DNA of 64,000 bases from Heterodontus francisci (taxonomy: Eukaryota), in contig NC_090399.1 of the NCBI RefSeq assembly GCF_036365525.1, forward strand, positions 15,375,558 to 15,439,557, given 5' to 3'. The position numbers were made by a program, and so were the translations under genes. This document shows positions 36,441 to 49,415 of the stretch, one piece after another (within the stretch, counting starts at the first letter, position 1; the number at the start of each line of letters is the position of its first letter). The notes beneath the pieces were generated by a model. It made no database searches. It saw only the letters and a list, made by a program, of their open reading frames with translations, and was not told the DNA's origin.

Positions 36441-36497
36441 AATCCTTATTAGATTTCAATGAGACTGAAACATAATGAACAGCGCTAAAGGCCGAAC

Positions 36498-36908
36498 CTT
36501 ATAGAGTGGAGCAGCTTCCTTTTTAGGATTGAATTCATGGTCCTTGTGCTGATGGGACACTGAACGCACCACACAGATCACTCTCTGATCATCATTGCAG
36601 AAGAGTTTCAGCTTCTCCTCGTGCTCCTCACTGTGGAAATGTGTCTCAGCCTGTTTCTGATCCTGGCTCAGATTTAGTTTCTCCACAATGTTGTAAACAA
36701 AGCAGTTGGGTCTGACATTCCTGTGGGTGAACTCACTCCTACACTGTTGGCAGGTCACCTTCCCTTGCACTGCTTCCCAATACTGTGAAGTACAGGCTGG
36801 GAGGTAACTGTGACCACAGTCCAGGGTCACCAGATCCTGGTCAAACTCCAAACAGATTGAACAGATTGCTTCATCTCTCAGACTGTCTAATACTTGTAAT
36901 GAAGCCAT
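36498..36908 (-). pseudogene. TRIM B exon 1: RING and B-box2, degenerate
   Basis: CSICLEF...CGHSYLPACT...CQQC, lacking the same zinc ligands as TRIM A. Donor AAG|GTTCGG. Confidence 0.85.
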
Positions 36909-38639
36909 TTCAACAGCGGTAGATTCTCACTTTTACTTACATTAAACCAGGAAGTATATGGAGGAGGGGGGAGGCTTTACTGAACTTGTTTTCTTAAAGG
37001 GACAGCACCCTAGCGAGTTTTGTTTGTTCAGCCAGTTAACACCTTCCAGCTGCCAAGAGGACCAATGTCATTTTGTCGGACAAACTATTGATGATGATGC
37101 TGTGACAATCCAAAAAATTAATAATAATTCTGGGATGTCTTCCAGTTGTAACACTTTGACCGCAGAGCCACCAGTAAGACTGAAGGATGAATTGCTGCAA
37201 ATCTTACTGTACAGCAAATCTCCATTCCATGGGATCTGAGGTCGGTGTTTTATCCACTGTTTTGGTGTCATCCACCTTTGCTGTTTCAGTGATAACTAAG
37301 GCCGGCAGAGTGTGAATCCGGGATTAATATCAGAGATACTGGAATACTGGAAGTGAATAAACATGAACACTCCAAATGACGTTAATCCAGAGATGATCCA
37401 CATCCTCTTCTTCCCCCGAATTTCAATAGAATATCACCTTTGATAACTTTCAACATTATAACAGACTAAGTTGGCAACAGCCCTCAAATTTAATACAATC
37501 GAAAATAAACATAGATACACAATTAGAAAAGAACTTGTCTTTATTTGGCTCCTTTCACCATGTTACAATGCCCCAAACTTCTTTGTAACTAATGAAATCT
37601 TATTCTGCGGTGTATTCACTGTTGTTATGTAGGCAACGCAACAGTCAATTTATGCAGAGCAATCTCTCACAAACTGCAATGTGATTATGACAAGTTTTTT
37701 TTTGTCCTTTTGGTTAAGGAATAAATATTGGCCAGTACAATGATGAGAACACCCCCTGCCCTTCTTTAAAATAGAGCCATGGGATCTTTTACATCCTCCT
37801 GTGAGGGCAGATGGGACCTCAGTTTAATGTCCCATCTGAAAGACAGCACCTCCGACAGTGCAAACCTCAATCAGTACTGCACTGAGAGTGTTAGCCTGGG
37901 TTGTGCGCTGTACTCTCTGGAGCTTTGATAGAAACTGATGCCTAGGTTTTCACCTTCCCAATAATTAATTAAAGGAGGAATTCATTTCCTTCGCTCATAC
38001 CCTAAATTGATGCCAGACACATATACCTTTTATGGACTCTTCTTAAACAAACCTAACATAATTAAAATGGAGGAAATGCAGTGAACATGTATTTGCTACA
38101 TGAATGGATGGTGTAGTGTGCATCTGTATGTATGCGCGTTTGTGTTTGGCTGCGTACTTCATTGCGGTATGTTGGAATAGAGGGGAAAGATATGAGAGAA
38201 ATAGACTTGCAGGGCTATGGGGATCGAGCCAGGGAGTGGGACTGACAGCATAACTCTGTGGAGAGCCGCCATGGACTTGATGGCCCGAATAGCCTCCTTC
38301 TGTGCCATAAATGACTCTATGACATATCGGGTATCTGCAGACGCTGAATCCAGTGTTCCACTCCATGATTAGTCTCGACAAGCAGCAAATTAGTTGGGAT
38401 ACTTCATATTTCTTTAGGCAACTGATTTACTGTATTTAAAGAAATGCCAATAATACAATGAGTGTAAAATATTAGGTTTAGGCGATAAAATGTTTGAAAT
38501 TTATTGAAAGTCTAAGCTGTACAAAAGTTTTAAATTATCAGAGCAAAACGTATTTGCACATGTGGAATTGTACAATATTTCAGGTCATATTATAGTTGAT
38601 TTGTGCCAACACTTTTAAAACTGCAGTGGAAATTTGTGA

Positions 38640-39130
38640 GATAAGCACAGAGAAACAGAGACACATATACAGACTCATAATTGCACACAAACAGGTACAC
38701 ACAGAGAAACAGAGAGACAGAAACACACACAGGCGCACATAGACAGAAGCATAAATACATGCACAGAGACACATATACATGCACAGACAAGCAGACGCAT
38801 AAATACATGCACAGACACGTGGACAGAAGCAGAGAGACAAGCACATACACATAACCAATTACACAGACACCGACACACACACATAAACAGACAGGGAGAG
38901 AGACACACATACACACAGACATATACACACAGACAGGCACACTGGCACATTGAGACACACAAAGGCACACATGCGTAAAAACATACATACACAGACATAC
39001 ACAGAGACACTTACATACTCTCACAGAGACAGAAACACACAGGTACATACAGATGCATCACAAAACATACAGACACACAAATACATATATAGACACACAC
39101 ATAAGCACATAGATACACACAAATACTCAC
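38640..39130. repeat. Degenerate (CA)n tract
   Basis: Mirror of 9225..9660. Confidence 0.9.
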
Positions 39131-40197
39131 TTACCCATTAAACTTGCAAGGGTTTCTGGGCTAAGTGGGAATCGCTGTACCTCAGAACAATATACTACCC
39201 GCGGATTGCATTATCAATCTCATACACTCTGCCACAAGATAGTATCACAGAATTCAGCCCATTGTGTCCACACCTGCTCTCCAAATGAACAACTCATCTC
39301 GTGCCATTACCCTGCCTTCTCCCCGTTATCCTGCACATTCTTCCTTTTCAACAATTATAGTGTTTGTACGTCTCATTCAACAAAATAAAGGTACTTTTAT
39401 GTATTTGATATATTATTATTGACATTAATTGTGATTGCTATCTTCCTTAACCTGTAAATGCACACCTTACATCCTCTCGGCGTCCTCACTGTTTCTCAAT
39501 GATGTTTTCTGCTATCTTGTCCTACTCCAGCTCATTTTATTTCAAAACCAACTTATTCAGTCCCCCTTTCCTTCCGAAATCTCTTGTCTTTTATAACCAT
39601 TGTTTTGTTATTTACCTCCCCTCCACTCACCGCTACACACCCCCTCACTCCAACCTGCCTTTTCAACTGTAGTGTGGTCATGACCTAGATCTCAATCAAA
39701 GTAAGGAAGCTATTTATTATAGATTCATACATTTTTTCATTGCTTGCCAAGCCTCAACTGTGACTAAAATGACACTGAAAAAGTGCTGTTCATTGGTATC
39801 CATTCTCTGCTCCACTGGAGCGTGCTGGCTGCAGTGTGTACTATCGATAGACTACACTGCAGCAAGTGTTCTCCCACAGCACCTCCCAAACCCACCACCT
39901 CCAACACCTGGGGACACCATCACCTCCAGGTTCCCCTGCAAGCCCCACACCACCCTGACCTGGACATCTATTGCCACTCAGTCATCGTCTCTGGCTCGAA
40001 ATCCTTGCACTCCCTACTGGTCACCTCAAGATGTTAATGGTAGGAGATTCAACAGTAACGTTACTGCTGATGGTCAGTGTTTCTTTGTTTGAATTGGTCA
40101 GACATGCATTAGAAATATTTGCAAGTTGTCATGCCAAGTAGTTTAAAGTCCCGGATACATTTGTCCAACAAGAATACTTGGTATCAATGTCTTTCAG

Positions 40198-40251
40198 GTG
40201 CTGCTATTGCCAACATCAAAGTAACACAAAGACCACGGATAGATATGAATG
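40198..40251 (+). pseudogene. Truncated NKp30-like V mini-exon inside a right-arm-specific insert (39241..40300)
   Basis: ATGTCTTTCAG|GT GCT GCT ATT GCC AAC ATC AAA GTA ACA CAA...AAT G|GTAAGT. The exon start and about 170 bp of upstream intron match the reverse complement of about 46230..46455. Confidence 0.7.
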
Positions 40252-40624
40252 GTAAGTAACAAAACTGGCTCCAATCATTATAATTAAATAGGCTATTTAG
40301 GATTCCATCAATGAGATGTCAGTAGTTTATTGATCATAATAGATAATCTTTCTTTTTTTCTTGCTCAAAGGAAAACCTCATTTGTTTAGAGGAGGTCAAC
40401 TTACAAGTAGTATGCTCCCAAAAGCCAACATAATCATTTTGCTAAATGGGGAAAATGGGAAAATTACAACCAGAATATAATCCCATAGAATGCACTGAAT
40501 GACATGAAAGCGAAACATAAGTTGATTATTGTCAGTAAGAACTACGATTGTTGATCAGTGTGAGGAATATAAGCTGAGTGCTGAACTATTAAATTACTGC
40601 GATTTGATGGTCTGGATTAGCACA

Positions 40625-41180
40625 GTGGTCTTTCAGGAATGTACCTTTGCAAAGAAAGTCTGGAAAGAGATTCAATGGTTTTTGTCGAGGTTCATCTCGA
40701 GCAGCACCATGACACAGGTCTCAACGTTCTACAGGCTGTCCTCAGGGACCGAGGCAAACATCAAATGCTGCTGGAGAACCATCAACTCGGTTAAAGATGC
40801 ACTTTCGTCTGTCCAGTGTCCACGACCGAGTGTTTAAGAGTTTTCCAAGGTATGGGACTACGTGCTGAGGGACGCACTAAAGCTTGGGCAGCCACCTCAA
40901 AGGCTCAATGGGGAAAGGCCACAGTCTAAGGCCTGCCTGCCATAGTGAACCAAAGGGCAGGAAACTGTATAAAACCCCTTGGGCTGTATGATTCACATGA
41001 AATGTCTGTGGCAAATATCACGTGTAATTGCAACTGTATTGAGGCACCTCACAGTGCCACAGGCTGTGTGGAAAGTATTTTAACCATATTGCACTTTCTG
41101 GAATGACCAATTTGAAGTGTTATGGAACGTACTTTTCTTTTACCAATTTTATGAATTGAAGTATAGTTTTGGAAAACAAT
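40625..41180 (+). mobile_element. L1-Tx1 3' fragment (mirror of 8205..8790)
   Basis: ECTFAKKVWKEIQWFLSRFI...CCWRTINSVKDAL. Confidence 0.8.
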
Positions 41181-43030
41181 TATGGCCTTTCAGATCGAGA
41201 GCGATAGCATTATGGCCTTTAATTGTAAATGAGTATTAAATTGGCTGATGAGTTCAGAGTTTACTGCTGCCAGAAATAAGAACCCCCAAGCTTGTAGTTG
41301 CTTTTGAAGGTGCTGTTAACCCCAGAGATTTGTACAGGGAGTCTATTGCTGGAAGTGTTTGATTTGCAGAAAGTGGATCTCGCTGTCCAGATGTGCAGTA
41401 CTTTCGGCATTTTGTTGAGAAGAAGCAGTTACCAGAAAGAGACCAGAAGAAATACAAAATCAACCCACGTGTAGTTATTTTCGGCCAATGGATAAATACC
41501 ACGTTGAATTAACGTGTTTCCTGTCAGGTGTTCACTTGTGATTCGAGCCTGTGGGAAACATACTGGTTATTACATGGAACATTTCTTAATGAAATAAACG
41601 GATGTTTTTTTTCAATATGCTGCATACCTGAATCAAAATTTGCACCCCAGAGATCTATACATATCGATCTGTAAAATCTGCAGCAAAGATTAGGTTTGTA
41701 TTAGTTATGGACAAGAGCAATGTAATAAATGATCACTATTGCTCGAGTTTTAACACACGTGTGTTTGTAGTGGTTAACTTTTCCATGTCAATCCTTTTAC
41801 CTGTCACTTGCTCCTGCTTTCCTGCCTGCAGTCACTCCCAGGAAAAGATGTGCTGGATGCAAGTACCTTAGCACAACAGGTGAAGCCAGTGTAGTTGTTT
41901 GACCAGAACAACTGAAAGTGGGTGAACCAGGCCAATTGCAATGTTCATGCCCCAGCACAGATCACAACTCTATGCCTGCTGACTCAATACTATGACTAAT
42001 ACCCTGATCGGTCAAGCTGACTGGCCATCCAGGAACCACAGACTTGTATCAGGCACAGGTTTGTATAGTTCCTGTTGCCGAGTTACACCAACTGCATTTT
42101 CCAATTACTTTAATAATGCAGGAAGCAATTTGTTAATAGTAAAACACTCCTAATATAAAGTTACATGCGTGTAACTAGTAACATAGCAACATATCCCATA
42201 GCCTGACCAGACCAGAAAAACACCCCTCCTGGAAGTGGTTAGCAAATTCTGCTACCATTGGTCCATGGTGACAATTTGTCCCTTGATGCAGAGCTCGATA
42301 TACACATAGGGAAAGCAGCTGCCACCTTTAACTGACCTGCAAAACGCACATTGCATAACACCAAGTTGACCCTTAGGTTCAAGCTGATGGTTTATAAGGC
42401 CTGTGTTCTCAGCACCTTGTGGTATGACTGTGAAACATAGAGTCATTGAGTCATATAGCACAGAAACAGGCCCTTCGGCCCATCGTGTCTGTGCCAGACA
42501 TCAAGCACGTAGCTATTCTAATCCCATTTTCCAGCACTTGGCCCGTAGCCTTGCATACTATGGCGTTTCAAGTGCTCATCTAAATACTTCTTAAATGTTA
42601 TGAGGGTTCCTGCCTCTACCACCCCTTCAGGCAGTGCGTTCCAGATTCCAACCACCCTCTGACTGAAAAAAGTTTTCCTCAAATCCCCTACATGGGCAAC
42701 TTACAGCCACCAGGAAAAGAAGCTCAATAATTTCCATCTTCCATACCCAGAACCTGCCTCTCGAGGATTGGCCTTCACAGCCATCAGCAAAGGTGCACCT
42801 AGAGAAGACACCCCACCTAAATGGATAGTTTGCTGCGTGTCCATCATCTTTCATGGATGGAAGGATGACAACCAGGCAACAGATGCAATACACATTTTCT
42901 CGCATTTGTATTTAACAATTTGAACGATTGCGCTTATAGTTTACGTCATAATCCAACTGCAAATATTAACATTCCCAGATGTTATTTGGTTAAGATTTAA
43001 CACTTTTCATCTGAACACTTGCCTGTTCTG

Positions 43031-43173
43031 TCAATTTCCTCTCGTTCTGCAGCAGCCTGGACAGTCCCAGAAATGTACCAGATAAATTGTTATAATGATC
43101 GCAACAAACACCGCAAGTTTCGCTCCCATTACGATCAGCTGCCAAAGCAGCGAGCTTCTGCGCTTTTCCGGAT
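43031..43173 (-). CDS. NCR3: NKp30-like receptor B, transmembrane and short-tail exon with intramembrane Lys
   Basis: Acceptor TTGTCTCCATAG, phase 1. Translation PEKRRSSLLWQLIVMGAKLAVFVAIIITIYLVHFWDCPGCCRTRGN-stop. GC donor retained at 43022. Confidence 0.8.
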
Positions 43174-43795
43174 CTATGGAGACAATCGCTTTCAGTAGTT
43201 ACTTTCTTTATCCGAGGCAAGCTCACGTTGTTTGGAGCAGGTGCTTGCTCACCTACTGGACAGCTAGCTTTGTATTAATTATTCCAGTTGCCATTCCAGC
43301 TAGTTCGGCTGGATTTCTGACGTCGACTTTCTCAATAAAGGCAGATATGAAGCAACATTTTTAACCCTGGCTGTTTATTTAGTCCCAGCTTTTAGATTAC
43401 TAAACTCATCCATCTTTCAGATATCACATTAAACCGAGGCCCCGTCTGCCCTGGCAGGTGGGCGTAAAAGATCTCATGGCACTATTCGAAAATAGTGCCC
43501 TGGCCAATATTCATCTGGTAACCAACATCACTAAAACAGATTGCCTGGTCATTGTCATATTGCTGGTTGTGGGAGCTTGCTGTGTGCAAATTGACTGCTA
43601 CGTTTCCTGCATTACAACAATGAGCACACTTCCAAAATACAGTGTTGCCTGTAATGTGCTTTGGAACACTGTGAGGTCATATTATGTGCTGTATAAATGC
43701 AAGACATTCTTTTTTTTCAAATATACAAACAGCTTTGTGCACATATTTCTTGTTCTCTCTCTTTCTCTTCCACACACACACATATATAAAATACT

Positions 43796-45019
43796 TAAAA
43801 AACAAGAAATGCTAGAAACACTCAGCAGGTCTGGCAGCATCTGTGGAGAGAAAAGCAGAGTTAACGTTTCAGGTCAGTGACCTTTCGTCAGAACTTGCAA
43901 TGGTTAGAAATGTAATAGGTTTTAAGCAAATAAAGCGGGGGTGGGGCACAAGATAACAAAAGGGAAGGTGTTGCTAGGACAGGGTCACAGAGATTAACTG
44001 ACCAGAAGGTCATGGAGCAAAGGCAAACGGTATGTCAATGGCGTAGTGAAAGACAAAGTATTAGTGCAGAGAGGGTGTTAATTGACAGAAAGATGAACAG
44101 CCCTGGCCCAAAGCACAAACATGAAAAAAAAAACAGTGGGCAGGCACATGGTTAAAAAAATGAATGATGAAACAAAGTAAAATAAAATAACCAAATAAAA
44201 GAGAAAAAAGAAAAAATAACTAAAAATAAAAAGGGGGCCAGTCATGCTCTGAAATTATTGAACTCAATGTTCAGTCCGGCAGGCTGTAGTGTGCCTAATC
44301 GGTAAATGAGATGCTGTTCCTCGAGCTTGCGTTGATGTTCACTGGAACATTGCAGCAAGCCCAGGACAGAGATGTGGGCATGAAAGCAGTGGGGGTGGGG
44401 GTTGTGTTGAAATGGCAAGTGACAGGAAGCTCAGGGTCATGCTTTCAGACTGAGCGGAGGTGTTCCATGAAGTGGTCACCCAATCTGCCCAGTGTGGAGG
44501 AGACCACATCGTGAGCAGTGAATACAGTGTACTAAATTGAAAGAAGTATCAGTAAATCGCTGCTTTACCTGAAAGGAGCGTTTGGGGCCTTGGGTAGTGA
44601 GGAGAGAGGAAGTAAAAGGGCAGGTATGACACCTCCTGCAATTGCATGGGAAGGTGCCGTGGGAAGGGCACGAGGTGTTGGGGCAATGAAGGAGGTGGAC
44701 CAGGGTGTCATAGAGGGAATGATCGCTTCAGAATACTGACAGGGGAGGGGAGGGAAAGATGTGTTTGGTAGTGACATCACACTGGACCTGGTCGAAATGG
44801 CATAGGATGATCCTTTGGATGTTGAGGCTGGTGGGTTTGGAAAGTGAGGACAAGGGGAACCCTGTCACGGATCTGGGGGCGGGGGAAGGGGTGAGGGTAG
44901 ATGTGTGGAAAATGGGCCTTGAAACGGAAATGGAAATGGCCCATTTCCCGCACTACTATCCTCACCCCTTCCCCTCCCTCCTAGAACCGTGACAGGGTTC
45001 CCCTTGTCCTCACTTTCCA
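43796..45019 (-). mobile_element. Penelope-like element with a fold-back 5' end, at the outer edge of the right arm
   Basis: Homologous to 51475..52925. Ends in an inverted repeat, 44838..44918 paired with 44938..45019. Confidence 0.8.
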
Positions 45020-45500
45020 GTGATTTTTGGATTTGGATTTGGAGTGAGTTAAGTTATGGGCAATAAAGTTTTGAATGAGCACAAGATTATGTCGGGTGAA
45101 AGATGGGAGGTTGACCAGGAGAGTATTGGAATAGTCAAGTCTAGATGTAACAAAGACATGGAAGAGGATTTCAGCAGCAGATAAGCTGAGGTGTGGGTGG
45201 AGTTGAGCGATGTTATGGAGGTGGAAGTAGGCAGTCTTGGTGATGGTGGTCGGAAACTCAACTCAGGGTCAAACACAGCACCAGGGTTGTGAAATGTCTG
45301 ATTCAATTTAAGACAATTCCCAGGGATGGAAACTGTGGAGATGGATTGGGGTTTGTGGGTTCAGTCTTTCCAATATTTAGTCGAAGGAAATTTCTGTTCA
45401 ACCAATATTGGCTGATAGATAAGCATTGAAATGAATCCGAGGCAGTTGAGAGGTCCCAGGAGGTGATGGTGAGATAGGGCTGAGTGGAAAGGTCATACAT
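45020..45500 (-). mobile_element. L2 LINE RT C-terminal fragment
   Basis: WLNRNFLRLNIGKTE and NPGAVFDPELSF motifs. Confidence 0.75.
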
Positions 45501-45514
45501 GCGGATAATCTTAC

Positions 45515-45562
45515 CGAATTCGGATTCAGTAGTCGAACAAAAATCAGAAAGATATAAGGTAA
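45515..45562 (-). CDS. Candidate 48-nt stalk exon of receptor B (VTLYLSDFCSTTESEF)
   Basis: TTATTTAG acceptor and G|GTAAGA donor, phase 1-1, open frame, located between the V and TM exons. Confidence 0.35.
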
Positions 45563-45931
45563 CTAAATAACAGCTGAGTTATACTGTCAAAATATAATAC
45601 ATTCTGACAAATGTATAAAAAAGGACAATCTGGCCAGAAAAAAATCAAAATCTCAGATAGATTAAGCTCTGATTAATCAATTTACACATTTAATCCTATG
45701 CTCCAGGTTAATTTAGAATGAATGTTGAAATTTATACTTTTATACAGCAGTGTATTTAACTATAAAATTTTGGAAAGCACCATTTATTTCCAGGGTCTCG
45801 AGATTTATAAATGTTCTTCATCATTCTTATTCCAAAATTATAGAGTCAGTGTTTGAGGTGTAAGTAGTTGGATTTGTTTTTTGAAAAGAATATATGTAAA
45901 GTGAGATACTAGTAGCAGAATAGAAGCATAC

Positions 45932-46267
45932 CTTTTACTGTTACCCGTGTTCCTATTCCAGTTCCTCTGGCAAAATTAAATATTTCCACTTCACAATAAT
46001 ACGTCCCCGAATCATTCTGTTTTGCATCCAAGATTGTAATGTTGCTTTTAGAGCCTTGAGTTTGCTTCAAAACTCGACCAATAAATTCTCCAGACGTGTT
46101 TGTAACTGCTGACTTTTCACGACCTAATCCTTGCTTGTACCAGTGGTGGAAAAAAATTCGGAACTCTGCAAACCTATTAAAACTGCAGGAGAGATGGATC
46201 TTCATTCCTGCCCTTACTTCGATATTCTGTGGGCTTTGAGTTACTTTGATGTCAGCAAGAGCAGCAG
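45932..46267 (-). CDS. NCR3: NKp30-like receptor B, Ig V domain (germline-joined VJ type)
   Basis: Acceptor ATGTCTTTCAG and donor G|GTATGC, 336 nt, phase 1-1. Translation AALADIKVTQSPQNIEVRAGMKIHLSCSF...HWYKQ...EFIGRV...SNITILDAKQNDSGTYYCEVEIFNFARGTGIGTRVTVK. Confidence 0.85.
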
Positions 46268-46649
46268 CTGAAAGACATAGATGCTAAGTATTCTTGTTAG
46301 ACAAATAGACCCGGGACTTTAAACTATTTGGTGTGACAACTTGCAGATATTTCAAATGAAGGTAATGATCAATTCAAACAAAGAAATCCCACCTCTACCC
46401 CCTGACCATCAGCAGTAACATTACTGTTGAATCTCTGACCATTAACATCTTGGGGTGACCAGTATTTTCTTCTGCTGCAACACCTAATACTGGGCAGCAA
46501 TTTTGAGGGTGCAGCATTACCTCCGAGTTCCCATCCAAGTTGCACATTGTATATTGCCTGCTCCTTGATGCTGGCTGGGTCAATATGCTTGCAAGTCCGA
46601 AAACAGTAAGGACTGCGGTTGATTATAGAGAAGGTCCGGCATTACTTTA

Positions 46650-49388
46650 CCAGTTCAATGCAGAGCATAGGAGAGCATGCCAGGAACAGCACCAGGTATA
46701 CTTCAAAATGAGGTGCCAATCTGGTGAAGATACACACAGGACTACATGCATGCAAAACAATGGAAGCAGCATGTTATAAGTAGAGCTAACAGACCCACAA
46801 CCAACAAATCAGATCAAAGCGCTACAGCCCTGCCACATCCAGTCATGAATGGTGGCATGGCACTTAACTAACCAGGGGAGGAGGAGGCTCCACTAACATC
46901 TCCATCCTGATTGATGGCGGAGCCCAGCACGTCAGTGCAAAATCACAAAGCTGAAGCCTTTGCGACCATCTTCAGCCAGATGTGCAGAGTGGATGATCCA
47001 TCTCGGTCTCCTCCTGAGGTTTCCAGCATCACAGATGCCAGTCTTCAGCCAATTCGATTCACTCCACGTGATATCAGAAATGGCTGAATGTATTGGATAC
47101 AGCAAAGGCTATGGGCTCTCATAATATCTTAGCTGCAGCCCTCAATCCAGAGAAGTGTAAGGTAATGCATTTGGGGAGGGTAAATAAAGCGAGGGAATAC
47201 ACAATAAACGGGAGGATATTGAGAGGAGTCGAAGAAGTGTATGACCTTGGAGTGTTTGTCCAGAGGTCCCTGAAGGTGACAGGACAGGTAGATAAAGTGG
47301 TGAAGAAGGTATATGGAATGCTTTCTTTTATTGGATGAAGTATAGAATACAAAAGCAGGGATGTATTGCTGGAACTGTATAAAAAACTGGTTAGACCACA
47401 GCTGGACTATTGCATACTGTTCTGGTCACCACATTACAGAAAGGACATAATTGCTCTGGAGAGAGAACAGAGGAGATTGACAAGAATGTTACCAAGGATT
47501 GAAAGTTGCAGCTATGGGGAAAGATTGAATAGGCTAGGGTTGTTTTCCCAAGAACAGAGGAAGCTGAGGGGTGACTTAATTGAGGTGTACAAAATTATGA
47601 GGGTCCGAGATAGAGCAGACAGGAAGCACCTGTTTAACCTAGCGGAGAGGTCAATTACCAAGGGGCACAGATTTAAGGTGATTGGGAGAAGGATTAGAGG
47701 GGACATGAGGAAAAACATTTTCATCCAGAGGGTGGTGGGTGTCTGGAATTCACTGCCAGGAATGGTGGTGGAGGCAGAAACCCTCAATTCTTTGAAAAGG
47801 TACCTGGACATGCACCTGAAGTGCTGTAACCTGCAAGGCTTTGGACCAGGTGCTGGAAGGTAGGATTAGACTGGGTGGCTAGTTTGTTTAGCTGGCATGG
47901 ACGTGATGGGCTGAATGGCCTCCTTCTGCGCCGTAGTTTTTCTATGCTTCTATGAATTTTGGTCCTGAACTAGCCATGCTCCTACCCAAGCTGTGCTAGT
48001 ACAGCTTCAAAATTGGCATCTATTCAGCAATCTAATCTGGCCAGTTACCACTCAATCAGTCTACTCTCAATCATCAGCAAAGTGATGGAATGTGTCATCT
48101 GCAGTGCTATTAAGCAGCACTTACTGAGCAGTAACCCTCTTGCTGATGCTCAGTGTAGATTCCATCAGATCCACTCAGCTCATGACCTCATTGCAGCCTT
48201 GGTACAAACATGGACAAAAGAGCTGAACTCCAGAGGTGAGGTGAGAGTGATGGCTTGTGGCCTCAAGGCAGCATTTAACTGAGTATGGCATCAAGGAGCC
48301 CTCGTAAAATTGAAGCCAATTGGAATCAGAGGAAAAACTCTCTGCTGGTTGCAGTCATACTTAGCACAAAGGAAGATGGTTGTGGCTGTTGGAGGTCAAT
48401 CATCTTAGCCCCAGGACATCGCTACAGGAGTTCCTCAGGGTAGTGTCCTAGGCCCAACCATCTTCAGCTGCTTCATCCATGACCTTCCTTCAATCATAAG
48501 GTCAGAAGTGGGGATGTTCACTGATGATTGCACAATGTTCAGCACCATTCACAACTCCTCAGATACTGAAGCAGCCTGTGTCCATATGCAACAAGATCTG
48601 GACAATACCCAGGCTTGGGCTGATAAGTGGCAAGTAACATTCGTGCAACAAAAAGTGTCAGGCAATGACCATCTCCAACAAGAGAGAATCTAACCATCTC
48701 CCCTTGGCACTCAATGACATTACGATCACAGTTAGGGGTTATCATTGACCAGCAACTTAGTTGGACCAGCCATATATATACTGTGGCTACAAGAGCAGAC
48801 GAAGGATACTGCAATAGGTAACTCACCTCCTGAATCTACAAAGCGTGTCCACCATCTTTCTACAAGGTACAAGTCAGGACTGTGATGAAATAATCTCCAC
48901 TTGCCTGATGAGTGCAGCTCCAACCACACTCAAGTAGCTTAACACCATCCAGAACAAAGCAGTCGGCTTTGTTTGGCGCTCCATCCACCAGCTTGAACTT
49001 TCATTCCCTCTATCACCAGTGCACAGTGGCAGCAGTGTGTACCATCTATAAGATGCACTGCAGCAACTCACCAAGGCTCCAACGATAGCACCTTCCAAAC
49101 CCACAACCTCTACCACCGAGAAGGACAAGGGCGGCAGATGCATGGGAACATCATCACCTGCAAGCTCCCCTCCAAGTCACTTGGAACTATATCACTGTTC
49201 CTTCAGTGTCACTGGGTCAAAAACCAGGGACTCCATCCCTAGCAACACTTTGGGTGTACCTACATGACAAGGACCGCAGCAGTTCAAAAAGGCGGCTCAC
49301 CACCACCTTCTGAAGGGCAATTAGGGATGGGCAATAAATGCTGGCCTAGACACCGATGCTCACATTCCATGAACGAATATGAAAAAAA
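46650..49388 (+). mobile_element. CR1/L2-group LINE (second family), degenerate, with nested CR1 at about 47140..47955
   Basis: YHSISLLSIISKVME, FTDDCT and WADKWQV motifs. Nested ORF 47366..47863 reads LYKKLVRPQLDYCILFWSP. Fills the leader-V intron of receptor B. Confidence 0.85.
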
Positions 49389-49415
49389 ATTGTAGCAAAT
49401 AAATGCAAGACTCAC

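Larger units (their letters stand above)
28480..43795 (-). repeat. Right arm of large inverted segmental duplication (partner about 5705..18838)
   Basis: Colinear reverse complement of the left arm, with arm-specific insertions at 31047..32755, 34919..35562 and 39241..40300. Confidence 0.95.
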
